Assembly (NCBI GenBank): GCA_032718475.1
Contig: JAUCBJ010006985.1
Location: forward strand, 33,445 to 97,444
Direction of reading: 5' to 3'
DNA from: Nemertoderma westbladi
Taxonomy: Eukaryota > Animalia > Xenacoelomorpha
DNA: 64,000 bases
Made by a program: the position numbers and the translations under genes. The notes below the pieces were generated by a model, which was not told the origin of the DNA, ran no database searches, and worked only from the letters and a program-made list of their open reading frames with translations. Shown piece by piece: positions 29,201-36,671 of the stretch; within the stretch, counting starts at the first letter, position 1; each line of letters begins with the position of its first letter.

Positions 29201-29604
29201 ACTGACAGGACTAAGTAGACTACATGCATATTTTCACTGTCCAATAGGGAAACAAGATAATCTGTAGAATTATAGACATGTCTTGAAAAACTATTCTCTA
29301 TAAGCAGAGCAGTAAATCGAAGAACTTCATACAATTCCAACAACGATTCCTGTGTGGCAATATCGCAAGCCAGTTGCCCGAATACAATCCCACAGTTTCT
29401 TTGCAAAATAATATCAAATTTGTCTAAGACATCAAGCCAATGGCAAATTTCAGATTTACCATATCTCCACACTTGAATGCCTTCAAGTACCCTAGTTAAA
29501 CTGCCATCTTCTGACTGGGACACCAGTATTTGTGATATGCAATCACTAAGTTCAGGTGATACTGTGGAGTGAATCTTCTTCACTTTTGATCTATCAACCT
29601 TCAT
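17209..29604 (-). CDS. HUWE1: E3 ubiquitin-protein ligase HUWE1 (Tom1/EEL-1 family), 4131 aa, uninterrupted ORF
   Basis: The N-terminus MKVDRSKVKK resembles vertebrate MKVDRTKLKK, followed by a helical armadillo-like region. Recognised domains: UBA (LKYLMDMGF...AVDWL, ~25700-25820), UIM-like LMQAIRLSL, WWE (WKHFDDRSGKW...YTINF, ~24830-25000), an acidic tract, and three UBM-like repeats (VDPSFLAALP, VSPEFLAALP, DPAQFIRDLP, ~20830-21185). The C-terminal HECT contains LPAAHTCFNQLDLP (catalytic Cys at 17311-17313) and ends EGFGFA. Start context GCAACCATG. Confidence 0.97.
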   Translation of the reverse strand: MKVDRSKVKKIHSTVSPELSDCISQILVSQSEDGSLTRVLEGIQVWRYGKSEICHWLDVLDKFDIILQRNCGIVFGQLACDIATQESLLELYEVLRFTALLIENSFSRHVYNSTDYLVSLLDSENMHVVYLVLSVLFVFSKRSNVINRLVNEKRQLLISKVSLLASSWGGKPAGFDLARCCQLSSDMPDSVSSIKYVCKTLNNEVFATHVNNEFIKTTLADLYGKLDLEAPTEFSELINLLRIARDFKNPEKRVQHCLCRVTSIAIVVYCHSFIEISPNIIYNGLIAEFTDALQLEDDRLWDIKACILRTLTAIIHLDEHAHLADITNSTGAASYHGFLPSCLRITVNSMVNPSTTTPLHQSFATSLFSFLYHLASYDNGGETLASCGLTAPLIKIINFSGDELIHTTYVTRAVRILDLITTLDVQSFKSNNGVTVLISRIEYELTFCRKQVSGSSLKDPARAKDEVETPMDVMNGGNVSDNSETVALQGGSKDVESSCKVCYPQRAALLKSILNFLKKIIADPAFNDLIRNLIDTSLFSSMTHLMSNQRYYGSSLYLLSLDMTTQFIFQEPSLLSSLQSNGLTNIMLSSIFDHSILPHRDVISSLPNILSGLCLNANGLEAVTKLKPFNTLFGILINPIYLPALKSRKSSESITDGAFALGSGIDELIRHQPSLRPHAIEAMIKLINDLLKLGNSDKYICVKASKFSSAIPMSANLSDDEDFDGHDNDNEVSVDAEKYEKLSPKSVSYQSVNARVPIPLVDFVLNVIKFIGATIHHNNTDDHCKEFLKQGGLVPLVKLLAMTNLPHDFSSSAACGEVAVVCKSTFTLCRDPQVLACSVTELSSLLIDLQPIHSLSPANSTFLIHELACSENVMVNKLGAVQAFVSMFIHTCRAGVTELRNISINHWNSVQSVEVLTKLVSLYLTLVRESSIIHAIFTPGSLPDDLKLGVSDLEALCQSGSSPLVETVTPGTDGSASNPHLNLQVLNVDEVCKHLKETLNPQQAGQFNIVKPLLIIVSRLSKSILELFGLIVKLCVGSPVRQRRNVQPLPFIPTQAGLNLTLALGYIAKNCLASAMSGVEVPHTKFRLVLCGCSLGFISSILFDDNNNPFQLMLLQFVMSGCHEIFFDLIKWALTPKDSSVDDFNIMDLPEGTLDFLDIWAELLDKLVNLNTSRDTPHSLDSVPGSNKAHFDPVKFTIIMHKHAFSFLKSIWHECTNGKLKTVTYNRLLSIITHIYRGESTLQEHFKSAKGKPEASNHQVPDIDQDHLKYLMDMGFTNSQAVDALIHCQSLEAAVDWLVTHVSASQQSQRVSLHQDVYNPILGGDLMQAIRLSLAQSSNTDATSSTATAFMPSNELQSILQADLKGMVVDPINPDDANNFSFNILTGCLRILDDDPETVYKICDLMQVVASRNGYSWRETYYLTLFNEIKDILASEPSQLISPDGFLDAKVLTSRLHLACLLFEDNKYCPAILENSGIIKSLINLVSLASDYLVSNLAKESSTPKWLPLILLLLDLYQKSFTASTRREFILQQESQIWKHFDDRSGKWIPYTDQSNDLINKAYRAGESTVQLKSGPRKYTINFQKMFQINDSNSKKAVMLELKSLCDDESDGVTDISDIDTQSHSEVGSGLDGQRALNTDTKPPQVASKTSNSNQIADKVPTFCTSALTGLSSSDIAACLTICIHLISQSTDNVTLATVLRLCLRITRDYQSSCTFLRMGGVKKLLSLSHKSGLVEFDTLAILLLRHIAEDKSSIETAMESVIRSVVTGQTSNASYGATIDSSMAKEIHYIIRTLAPLACRDQDTFIEVAKKNLKLFVPSPLVGTLDGKFPYSTTPNILRIVPQTKTLPLNTNSSHYKVIVQLIEELVNSLVHTDENMDAGCCSEKTGTSQQASTHSDLKYGITVVSQDSIIQNNVTEKVQVLNVNTEAMNKPMLSKGTILRFLSELVVSYDAAALVIVKHNFVCSGSKCILAYLLDSYLMSTDKYVVSGLQLFIATLAICNCTETQNMLVQEVKNSFNRVTGLPDSRDKYDRIAAFADLLHSIIESCRMGLSSSASSRRQYLLVTIGRLIIKKGLLNDLVHVVHNLDLTSPYFVATVNSVLKPIEILTKVTNHTMSHVRQTESQSRPESINMASSGRHESQWADTQSNNQPQTENDVNSVGNLDDSHGNVPQIDAEDDVMQLVDTEMSVFDEQSEDQDGYQAVEGTMQNDDDMDIDDEVDDEDDEEEDTEEEDDDEDADMGGDDIDGESHGGSTMDNDEADDTFQLDNPPPQSHSGRFHQIDLPFSDDVWPNHDMHGILQSNHPMSYLSRIALGSGLTRQRHQAGHGLEQEPMFGLIDRDPLPSAMPLATHPLLHHSTIEDNQNRIAARPSGNNTLTHTFQVPHGAQPASAPPFLQRLLGENAAAEIMQLTSNRLASQVRIYVSDQHNPADFHNPSSSDYYFPLDGIGDFSSPSPSQSSICPSHMSRWLQESISLDGPLSMHDCMSICKLQIIPHLNKIRGDEWSQQYAKLYTSIAEQRQSEINKTNTADTSSASEHDSLSKKKTVISEPLFVGASAGTMDVAHGVVDNVVTPLEHGVMQTNSTNSTSTPIPLSQSLGGDNQTVMMAKDSIPVMSNLVSNGSGNNSSFPIEPNLSGSTEESWFSCNSSPISSTRTHPGVFNSSPTNLSVTWSCETPCSVPVKEDDVQVDLPGLPSSENVDNMDRDSLGLASNRNVTLDSPTTTNPATSIAESGHGQPLAIITDNQNGVADVSLIATSTASSTSTLPVPPLRQMEAASVSIVSEPSTSVNVMTTPVSTSAISSVSVCPEGVDPSFLAALPDEIREEVLLQQLGTTSLSGAGPSGIGATSSHAGNLPHVSPEFLAALPVNIQSEILAQEQAARLSQDVMFDPAQFIRDLPPSLRQTVLSDMDDSVLDVLPDEISEEARLLRHEESRLMMQDDDDRHRIFHDPRALFGRYALSGGRTHHRPIRGSGRLRIGSLGYGRGRGLFGAKTHDYSASAPQGKPLLDHEALSCLILLLFLRETKLNIGRLERIMSQISHHPATAKWILITLYSILIKTHSDSNSYLVNTASQPSWLKIYTNNTPGIKTSVFRITYDPNKKIQDAEKVITLHPHCHLAVCHNVLNMLASLSSTFPHYFLPDMQVANTKNMPKPENSSSKYSTVKGSSRNPSVTIHSKGELYSDFWDYLLRLENTSSGKKSKHFGKSHSVSQPGETDSSQPNDVIHCLFSKMVLLLDHPLFCEDKALMDKLVKVLSTVSKQFKLYRVKFIGFGESFKNHIRLCVEVLTSQSCSSNGLVDVTNILIRFCDLDESYSELVHGLLLEGVHVVGMSLCGHLSDFRSELTSYVEKGSQEDDNVDTSNATLERGVILDKYTGEKIVLNQTAKPKHTDLSLPSMKNLIGNYSSQNALLRTFKVIELVRQILSLKIHARRPFAFENPEAIVNTTQISNNDNHTMEGENVIPICSTPAMESNVISSDTSVIDDDNIRQLMVRDYPLLSQRLIPDNVTTSSRSNDLYQEQSGAAAGMPAQPNVINANEVRCQAQPESGSGITSTSQSTNLVPVIVEQTQDSANTSSTSTRMNSNGDLHPLSSLIHLASLWDLLSDCLSLLSKLPDQHAVLLLQPAMEAFFLVHAPQGSIKSNQRAPSAVSRASETESLFPLGGDVSPSTPASGEAFSPYPFTGAGSTEPINNAQTGSSSLTQTPHPPNVLKFLRFAETHRVVLNHILRQSQASLCEGPFAILSNYTKLLDFDVKRRYFRSELERLDDGREDMSQVTHIKRSQVFEDSYRELHRRSAAEWKNHLYIVFDGEEGQDAGGLIREWYLIISREIFNPMYALFRASPGDRVTYVPNPSSHCNSNHLSYFKFVGHVIAKAIWDDKLLECYFSRSFYKHILGKSVRYTDMEVEDYSFYQGLVYLQEHHISDLGYELTFSTEIEEFGVTTVRDLIPNGRNVVVTESNKKDYVRLVCQERMTGAIRQQINSFLEGFYDIIPRRLISIFNEQELELLISGLPNVDIEELRANTVYHKYDVNSLQVQWFWRALRSFDQSERAQFLQFVTGTSKVPLQGFAHLEGMNGPQKFQIHRDDRSTDRLPAAHTCFNQLDLPAYETYAKLHHMLSMASSECSEGFGFA

Positions 29605-30150
29605 GGTTGCAATGTGATTTCCTTCAATTAATTCAATTCAGTTTATATCATTTATACATTATAATTGTATACATATAAGTAGATAAGATGTGATAATCAA
29701 ATCAGTAGCCAAACTCGAAACAATAAATAATCCACATTGGCACATTCCACAAAAATTGTAAATGTTTCAAATTCGTAAAATTTAAGATGCCTATTATTAT
29801 ATTACCGTATTATTATAGTATCAAATGACTGACTGATCAATATAGAACTTAATGTGTAGGCCTAGCTTAATCCATTGTGTAAAGCAATGCCTTCTAATAA
29901 AATTGTTTTGTGCGTGAGACCAAATACTGATAATAGGCTTAAATAATAATAAATGAATAATAATAAATAATAATGAATATGATGAATAAAACAAGGATGA
30001 ATGAAAGATGATGAATATAATAAATAATAATAATATATTTAACTTTTACAGAATCAAATACCGGCAACAAAAGTAACAAAAGTACAAAATAACAATTAAC
30101 GAGTTTGGGGGCCTCCACATAATATAAGTAACACGCCATAAACCAATTGA

Positions 30151-31016
30151 GGGAAAGGAGCAGGTTAATATAGAGGCAGGCTTTTCTAACCAAAACAACA
30201 ACGGTCAACACTGCATCAGTGCTACGGTAGCACAGTGTACTGTATGTACTGTTACTGCAGTACTGTACTGTAGGTCCACTGAAGGAGGAGGCCCTGAAAC
30301 ACGTTTGTCCTCTTAGGATTGTTACTTTGGGGACCGTCCCTTGAAACACTTATATATATATATAATATATATAATATAGTCATATTCCCTTACTTTCTTT
30401 ACTTAATTTAAACTTATAAATATAATATATATATATATACTGCTTATATTATGAAACACTTTTTATAATTTTTTTTCATAAAATTTTTTTTACTGACTGT
30501 CTGACCATATGGTTTCCCTCAATTTAAATACCGATAGGCCTATACAGACTAGGCCTATACAGACTAGGCCTACACTACTGCAGTATGCTTATGCAGCTAT
30601 GTCTGCTATTCCAGTAGGCCTATTCAGTATTGGGTCTGGCGTCTGGGTGTTTTGGGCCATGATGTAGCCGGCACAGCATTCTTAAAAATGCAGCTACAAT
30701 GCGGCATGCCGATCCTAGTAGTACGCCATGATGTTCTATCTCTATGATCTATTCATACAGTCATATACAGATAATAGATATAGCAATATGGCAGCATGGG
30801 TACACTTGGAGTTACACTAAAGTCCAATATTGGACTTTGTAGTCCAAAATTGGACTTGAAATCCAATTTTTGACTTCTCACCGACTGACCGTACCGTAGG
30901 TCAGTACTGCAGTAGGTAGGTTGCAAAAATAAGACTGTAACCTGTGTTCTTTGGTTATCGTTTATTCAGTTATTGTTTTGGTTAGAAAAGCCTGCTACTG
31001 TAACCTGCTCCTTTCC
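30151..31016. promoter_or_regulatory. Divergent pair of a bipartite motif upstream of HUWE1 (candidate promoter/regulatory region)
   Basis: A minus-strand copy at ~30151-30203 and a plus-strand copy at ~30959-31016 share TTGTTTTGGTTAGAAAAGCCTGC...TAACCTGCTCCTTTCC. Function is inferred from position only. Confidence 0.35.
30666..30723 (+). mobile_element. 58-bp extreme 5'-truncated RTE insertion with 10-bp TSD
   Basis: Matches 339-396 (3' UTR plus TAG tail). Flanked by GCCATGATGT at 30656-30665 and 30725-30734. Confidence 0.85.
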
Positions 31017-31249
31017 ATTAATTAAGAATTCTGGTTTAGTATGCTGTCTTGCAGTCTGGGTAGGCCTACCGATGGCATGGCAGTTGGCTTGGCAGTAGGT
31101 CAATAAACAGTTAAATAAAACTTCAAATGATCAAAATGGAATAGGCCTATTTTGAAAAAAGTGAAAATCAAAAACTGAAAAGTGACTCTTTTTACAGTTA
31201 ACCTAAATCTTATAGTTTTATATAGTTTTAATCTTATATTTTTTTTGTC

Positions 31250-31341
31250 TTTTTGGGTTGTTTTTTTGGGTAATATTGTTTCTTTGTGTATAATTGTGTT
31301 TTTTTGGGTAATATTGTGTTTTTTGGGTAATTCGTACGACC
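31250..31341. mobile_element. Degenerate terminal arm related to the Mutator-like MITE at 39965-41682
   Basis: TTTTGGGTAATTCGTACGACCC resembles TTTGGGGTAATTCGTAGGACCC at ~41661-41682 and is preceded by TTTTGGGTAA repeats. Confidence 0.5.
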
Positions 31342-31497
31342 CTTACCTATTGTTTTTATGTAGGCCTATCTAACTCGAAAACTTAACCTTCATTAGGGAC
31401 TACCGATGGAATTTCACCATTGGGATTACGTTTTTTTAGCCTAAACATTTTAAGTGATTACATTTCGAAATTAGCTGAAATACTACTGCAGTACTGG

Positions 31498-32044
31498 CAG
31501 ACTGGAATTTATTAGTCCTATTAAATTACCGCTGTTGGCTTGGCTGTATGTCAGTCATAAAATTATTACCGTATAGAATCTGACAATTGAACAATATTTA
31601 TGCGCGCCGCACGGCGATGCAATTTCAAAGCAAACACCGAGCCAATGACAGAACGAAATTTTTAAGCGCGCCGCACATTGAAACAATTTTGAAGAGCGCC
31701 GCACCAACTGACCAATGCAATTTAAATTTTGAAGGAGTGTAACCATAGTCTGTAGTCTGCCAAAGTCAGTAGGCCTACTGATGTACCTGTTCAGCAGTAA
31801 CCATACAACAGAAAAAAGAAAGGCGAGCCAAGCGAGCCGAATTTTTTTAACAGCTAATGAAATTTTTAAGGCACTTCCGTAATTGTTAAACCAACAAATC
31901 GGCGCCGGTTTTTATTTTTGGGAGCGCCACGCGCCAAATGCCAAAGCCGGCGCACTTTACGATTTTTGAGCGTGTTACCTTGGCGCGCTTTTATTGTAAA
32001 GCGCGCCGGATTAATCCGGCGCAAAGTGTATGGATTCCAGTCTG
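31498..32044. mobile_element. Probable MITE with CAGACTGGAAT termini and inverted GCGCGCC subterminal repeats
   Basis: CAGACTGGAAT at 31498 and ATTCCAGTCTG ending at 32044. CpG-rich GCGCCG/GGCGC repeats lie inside. No TSD found. Confidence 0.4.
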
Positions 32045-32299
32045 GCAGGTAGGCCTAATGGACTCCAACTCCTGAACTCCATATTTCAGTATTTCCAAAC
32101 CTACTCCAAAAGTTGAATATTAAAAAAAAGTTGAATTTAAAACCCTAACTGTATTATTGCCATTTTACTTTGTAATACCGGTACCTATTTTTAATTAATC
32201 ATAACTTTGATACATAATACTGTACAACATATACCTACTACCGTACTTCAGATAATACCTCCCCTTACAATATTCCTTCACCTTTTATGGCAATTCCCT

Positions 32300-32627
32300 T
32301 GCACAACACACACTTCGAAATGAAAGACACTGACTAAAGATTTCATGATAATAGTATCAAAGAGTAATGTGTTGAATTAACCAATCACCAATGTCATTTA
32401 CAATCACTAATCACAGGACTCCCAAGTATTTTGTAAATCTGTGGAGTGACTTTAGTGAGTGGTCGAGCATTACCTTACATTTGTCGTGGTTAAAAAGAAG
32501 TTGCCACAATTTGCTCCAGCGGTACAGGTACAGGACATCCAAATCACTGGGGCAATAGAGGTGATGTTACTGGGGTTGCATATAGCAGTATAGCGCTGTC
32601 GTTGAGGTCATTGGCGAAAAGATGAAT
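32300..32627 (-). mobile_element. Old CR1/L2-type LINE RT remnant, piece 3 (host of the nested cluster)
   Basis: With frameshifts, the minus strand reads IHLFANDL...QSDLDVLY-RWSKLWQLLFNHDKCKVM...KYLGVL. Confidence 0.7.
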
Positions 32628-33161
32628 TAGGGTGCATTTATAGTCAGATGCTGTCCGATCCGATCCGATCCGATCCGATCCGATGCATTTCGGCAATTAT
32701 TGTAGCTACAACTGTCAGACTGCAGACTGTACAAGCCTATAGCTGCTTAGGCCTACTTCTGTTTTTCCTAACACTGAACTCAGTCTGGCAGTATGACTAT
32801 TGGCCTATTGCATTATTGTATATCTGTATATAGCAGTATTCAGGTATGGCAGTAGTGCAGTACACAGTATGGGATCGTTCGTAGCTCTGTAGCTGACTTA
32901 GGGTGCATTTATAGTCAGATGCCGTCCGATCCGATCCGATCCGATCCGATCCGATGCATTTCGGCAATTATTGTAGCTACAACTGTCAGACTGCAGACTG
33001 TACAAGCCTAGCTAGCTTGGCTTAGGCCTACTTCTGTTTTGCCTAACACTGAACGCAGTCTGGCTGTATGACTATTGCTGTATTGGCCTATTGCATTATT
33101 GTATATCTGTATGCATGGCAGTACTGCAGTATGCAGGTATGGCAGTACTGCAGTACACAGT

Positions 33162-34046
33162 ATGGGATCGTTCGTAGCTCTGTAGCTGACTGTCAGACTG
33201 TGGTGTTCAGAAGGAAATCGGACGCGCGTTGGATGTCCTGGAATGGAGTCTACCGACCAACTTGCAGGGTGAGGCTGTCCCTCTGCAGCTCTGATCCTGG
33301 GCGGTGGAGACTGCGCTGATGGCGGCGGAAGCGGGACAGCACCCGGGGCATTCTGTATCCCGATACTACAGCTGGTCCATGAAACTCTACGGTACAAACT
33401 CCGAGATGGAAAACTCGATGGGAAATCGGGGGGAAGAACTAGGCCTACGAAATTTCAGTTGAACTCATTCGATAGAGCGATAGAGGTGACCAGTTGGCCA
33501 TCTCCCCGGACGGTTGCTGTGTCATGCGCGTGGCCAGAGGAGTTGGCACGGTACCCGGACGACTAAAGGAATAGTCGGATCCGGTCGTTTCGTTACTATT
33601 CAGCTATTACGAGGCGACGGTAAAGGACGAGGTGCGAGGGCCCATGTCCGGGTTGGTTGGAGCACCGGAAGCGCGACACTCGATATCGGGACTGATAAAA
33701 ATAGTTTTGGCTTCGGAGGAAACGGTAAGAAGTGCTTCGGGCGGCGTTTTGACGACTATCAGACTATGGACAACCATACGGACTAGGCGACGTGATCGGT
33801 TATCGGATCGATCTGGATGTGGGCACAATTGGGTACCGGTACAGTAAAAACGGAAGTGATCTCGGGAAAGCTTTCGACAGTTCGAGATTCCCGCTAATTT
33901 ACGCAAACTCCCGTTATTCCTGTATTCCCGCAGTCTGTGGTCTGTCGGTATCTTTAAAGAATGCTGAAATTATGTTTATTTTCGCCGAATTTATCCGTTT
34001 ATCTGCGCATCTTCTTTCCGGGTACACCATTGTATCCCGGGCGCCG
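33162..34046 (+). pseudogene. DDX1: DEAD-box helicase DDX1 5' fragment (Q motif, motif I region, SPRY domain), frameshifted, intronless
   Basis: Across small insertions it reads [64 protein letters not shown]...FQLNSFDR-GDQLAISPDG-LLCHAR..WHGTRTTKG...RVGWSTGSATLDIGTDKNSFGFGGNGKK...FDDY-GQPYGLGDVIG...SKNGSDLGKAF...LKNAE...VSRAP. This is collinear with the DDX1 N-terminus as recalled ([54 protein letters not shown]). Confidence 0.88.
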
Positions 34047-34225
34047 TTTTGTACCTACAATGTACCAAGTTGTGTAACTTTTGTACCCATTGTACCAAGT
34101 TGTGTACCTTTTGTACTTATTATGTACCAAGTTGTGTACCTTTTACACCTACTATGTACCAAGTTGCGTACATTTTGTACCTATTATGTAACAGTTGTGT
34201 ACGGTCTTGTACCTATTTATGTTTC
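34047..34225. repeat. Degenerate ~35-bp tandem repeat (TTTTGTACC...ATGTACCAAGTTGTGTA)
   Basis: About 5 imperfect units abut the end of the DDX1 fragment. Confidence 0.7.
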
Positions 34226-35486
34226 CTAAAGTAAAGATGTGTAATCTGATTATTATTATGATTGCTACATAACATGGTATAGAGACTATCTTATCTTATA
34301 ACCGTTATCAACAGTGTTGTAGTCATAATTTGCAACGTTTCATTGAAATAATCACTTGAAATATTCGAATACATTCTACCCATAATAATTAATACTAATT
34401 ATTGTAAAACTATTTTTCTATGCGGAAATCCAGACTGAAAGTCTCTCTCTTGATATCTGTTGTTCCTTTGCGTCAATATAATTAGAGTGTATTTAACAAA
34501 TTTATTGTATCCGTTGAAATGTATTTGTAAACAATAATTTAGTTGTCATGATTTTTAAGTAAGATTAGGTTAATTAAATAAAGCCTTTATAAAATTATTA
34601 TTATTATCCTGGGGGAAACTTTACAGCTTTATCGAAACTCTATAGCTCCATGGTAAGTATAGCTCCACGAAACTCTATGGGGGGGGGGGGGGGGGGGGGG
34701 GTAGTATACTCCAGGTATTAAACTAAACTGATCCTTTTCTTATATATGATGGACAGATTGTCGGATAGTCAGAAAGACCAAATTTAATATACTATCTAGT
34801 TAAGTTTTTGAATTTATTTTTTGAAATATACCAGAACATGACTAGCTATTTTATTTTTAAAAAATAATGTTCTAGAACGAATATTTTTTGAAATATTTAA
34901 AAAATTATCAAACACTAATGTTTAGTAACTTTATTTTTTCATATCAATAAAAAGCTTGTCTTGCAAGGATTCCAAATACAACTAATTACCCAACTAATTA
35001 GTATAAACAATTTCGTGGGAGGGTTTACGACGTACCTCCAGTTCCCCCTCCCTCCTCCAAGCCAATTACTAGCTTTACCTGTATCATGGACGTAGGGAGC
35101 ATCTGGAGTGGGGTAGGGCACATTTTTGAAAAGCGGACCATTATCATTTAAATAATTTTTTTTTATATTTATTATAACTAACCGACCACAGGACTATGTT
35201 AATTAACCCAACAACCACCCCCCCCCCCCCCCCCCCCGATTGTTACCTTAGATACCGCTATTAATATGTGTTTTGCAATTTAAAGTTGAAATTTAAACCT
35301 GTATTTGTAAAACAAATTCGAAAAAACTCAAAATACGAATGGATTTGATTTGATGGGATTGATTTGATTGTACCATGACCTTTTAATTGCACACAAATAA
35401 ATACAATACAAAGCTAAAATAATGTTGGGACATCTTTAACAATTAACTTTACTACGTGTCTCATGTCCTAGAGCGTCCTCTACCGA

Positions 35487-36649
35487 CAGGGGCGGTTCTA
35501 GGATTTTGCTGGGGGGGGGGGGGGGGGGGGGCAAAATATTTAATTTGCTGAGGTCAATTTTTCGGACTTGTAAACGTTTATAAACGCCAGCTTTAAATCG
35601 TTCAACAAAAACATTCCTAACAACAACTTTGTCTAAACCCGTCTATGTCTAATTATCTAATTATTTAGTTAATGGAAGGGTCGCAGCCGTCAGCTGGTGG
35701 TAACCCGTATCGTTCCAAAGATGTGGAGGAGAGACGCGACGTGTGTGGCACTCCTTTCCATTAATTTGTAATGATATCGTTTATTGTTTTGGTTAGTTAG
35801 GTTTCGGTATGGAGATGGTGTTCTGCGCAATAAAATAATTATCTTATATTTAATTATTTAAGAGGCAATAAATATACTTTAGTATTTTAGCCGCACAAAC
35901 TTTCATAACATGTGTGGTAGTGGAAAATATTGAAGTAATTAAATGACTATTTTAAGACTATTTTAATTGCAAAATTATATTATATTAAGAAATTTACTGC
36001 TTAAATTTACTTGCACATGCCTTAAACCACAAAGCCACTGAACTTACCAATGGAGATATTTCCAGTGACCATACCATGGACCAATCGCAGGAGACATCTA
36101 CCTTCTCACCTGTGACACCTTCACATGTGCAATGTGGGCAGTGCTGAAAGGCTATGCAACCAATACAGAACCAAACTACTATGTTTGTATGTTGGATGGG
36201 CTAAATGTCTAGCATCAATAAGCTAAACTTGGAACCACCATTATACTATCAGCTGGCTATGATGCCACTACTGCTCAAATTTTGGCGCCCCTTGGAAGGT
36301 GCCCCCCCCCCCCCCCTTCTGCACGCCACTGCACGTTTCGGAAACAAGCTACAGTTCGAAGAAGAAAACTTTGAAGAAAATTTCCCGATTTTTTCCCGAA
36401 TTCCCAAAGTTCCAGAATTTTACAAAAATATCAGAGTGTTTTATAATGGATATCTCCGGGTAGTAACTAAATTTTGAAAAAAAATAGAAGTCTTTTCCCA
36501 GAGAGGTCTGTTTTCGAGCAAGTCGGTACCCACTGGTACGGATTTACCACATTACCTTTCGCTAGGGAGGGGGCAAGCCCCCCCCCCCAAGATACCTGCG
36601 GAGGGGCAGATGCCCCCTTGCCCCCCCCCCCCCCCTAGAACCGCCACTG
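35487..36649. mobile_element. hAT MITE nested in the DDX1-carrying element
   Basis: TIR CAGGGGCGGTTCTAG / CTAGAACCGCCACTG. 8-bp TSD TCTACCGA (35479-35486, 36650-36657). Confidence 0.9.
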
Positions 36650-36671
36650 TCTACCGAGCATCACCATCCTG

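Noticed and set aside
18029-29218. Short antisense and alternative-frame ORFs within HUWE1
   Set aside because: Expected shadows of a long coding sequence, with no recognisable motifs.
33162-34046. DDX1 fragment as a functional exon or a horizontally transferred gene
   Set aside because: It has multiple frameshifting insertions and a damaged motif I. DDX1 with SPRY is eukaryote-specific, and higher GC alone does not show foreign origin.
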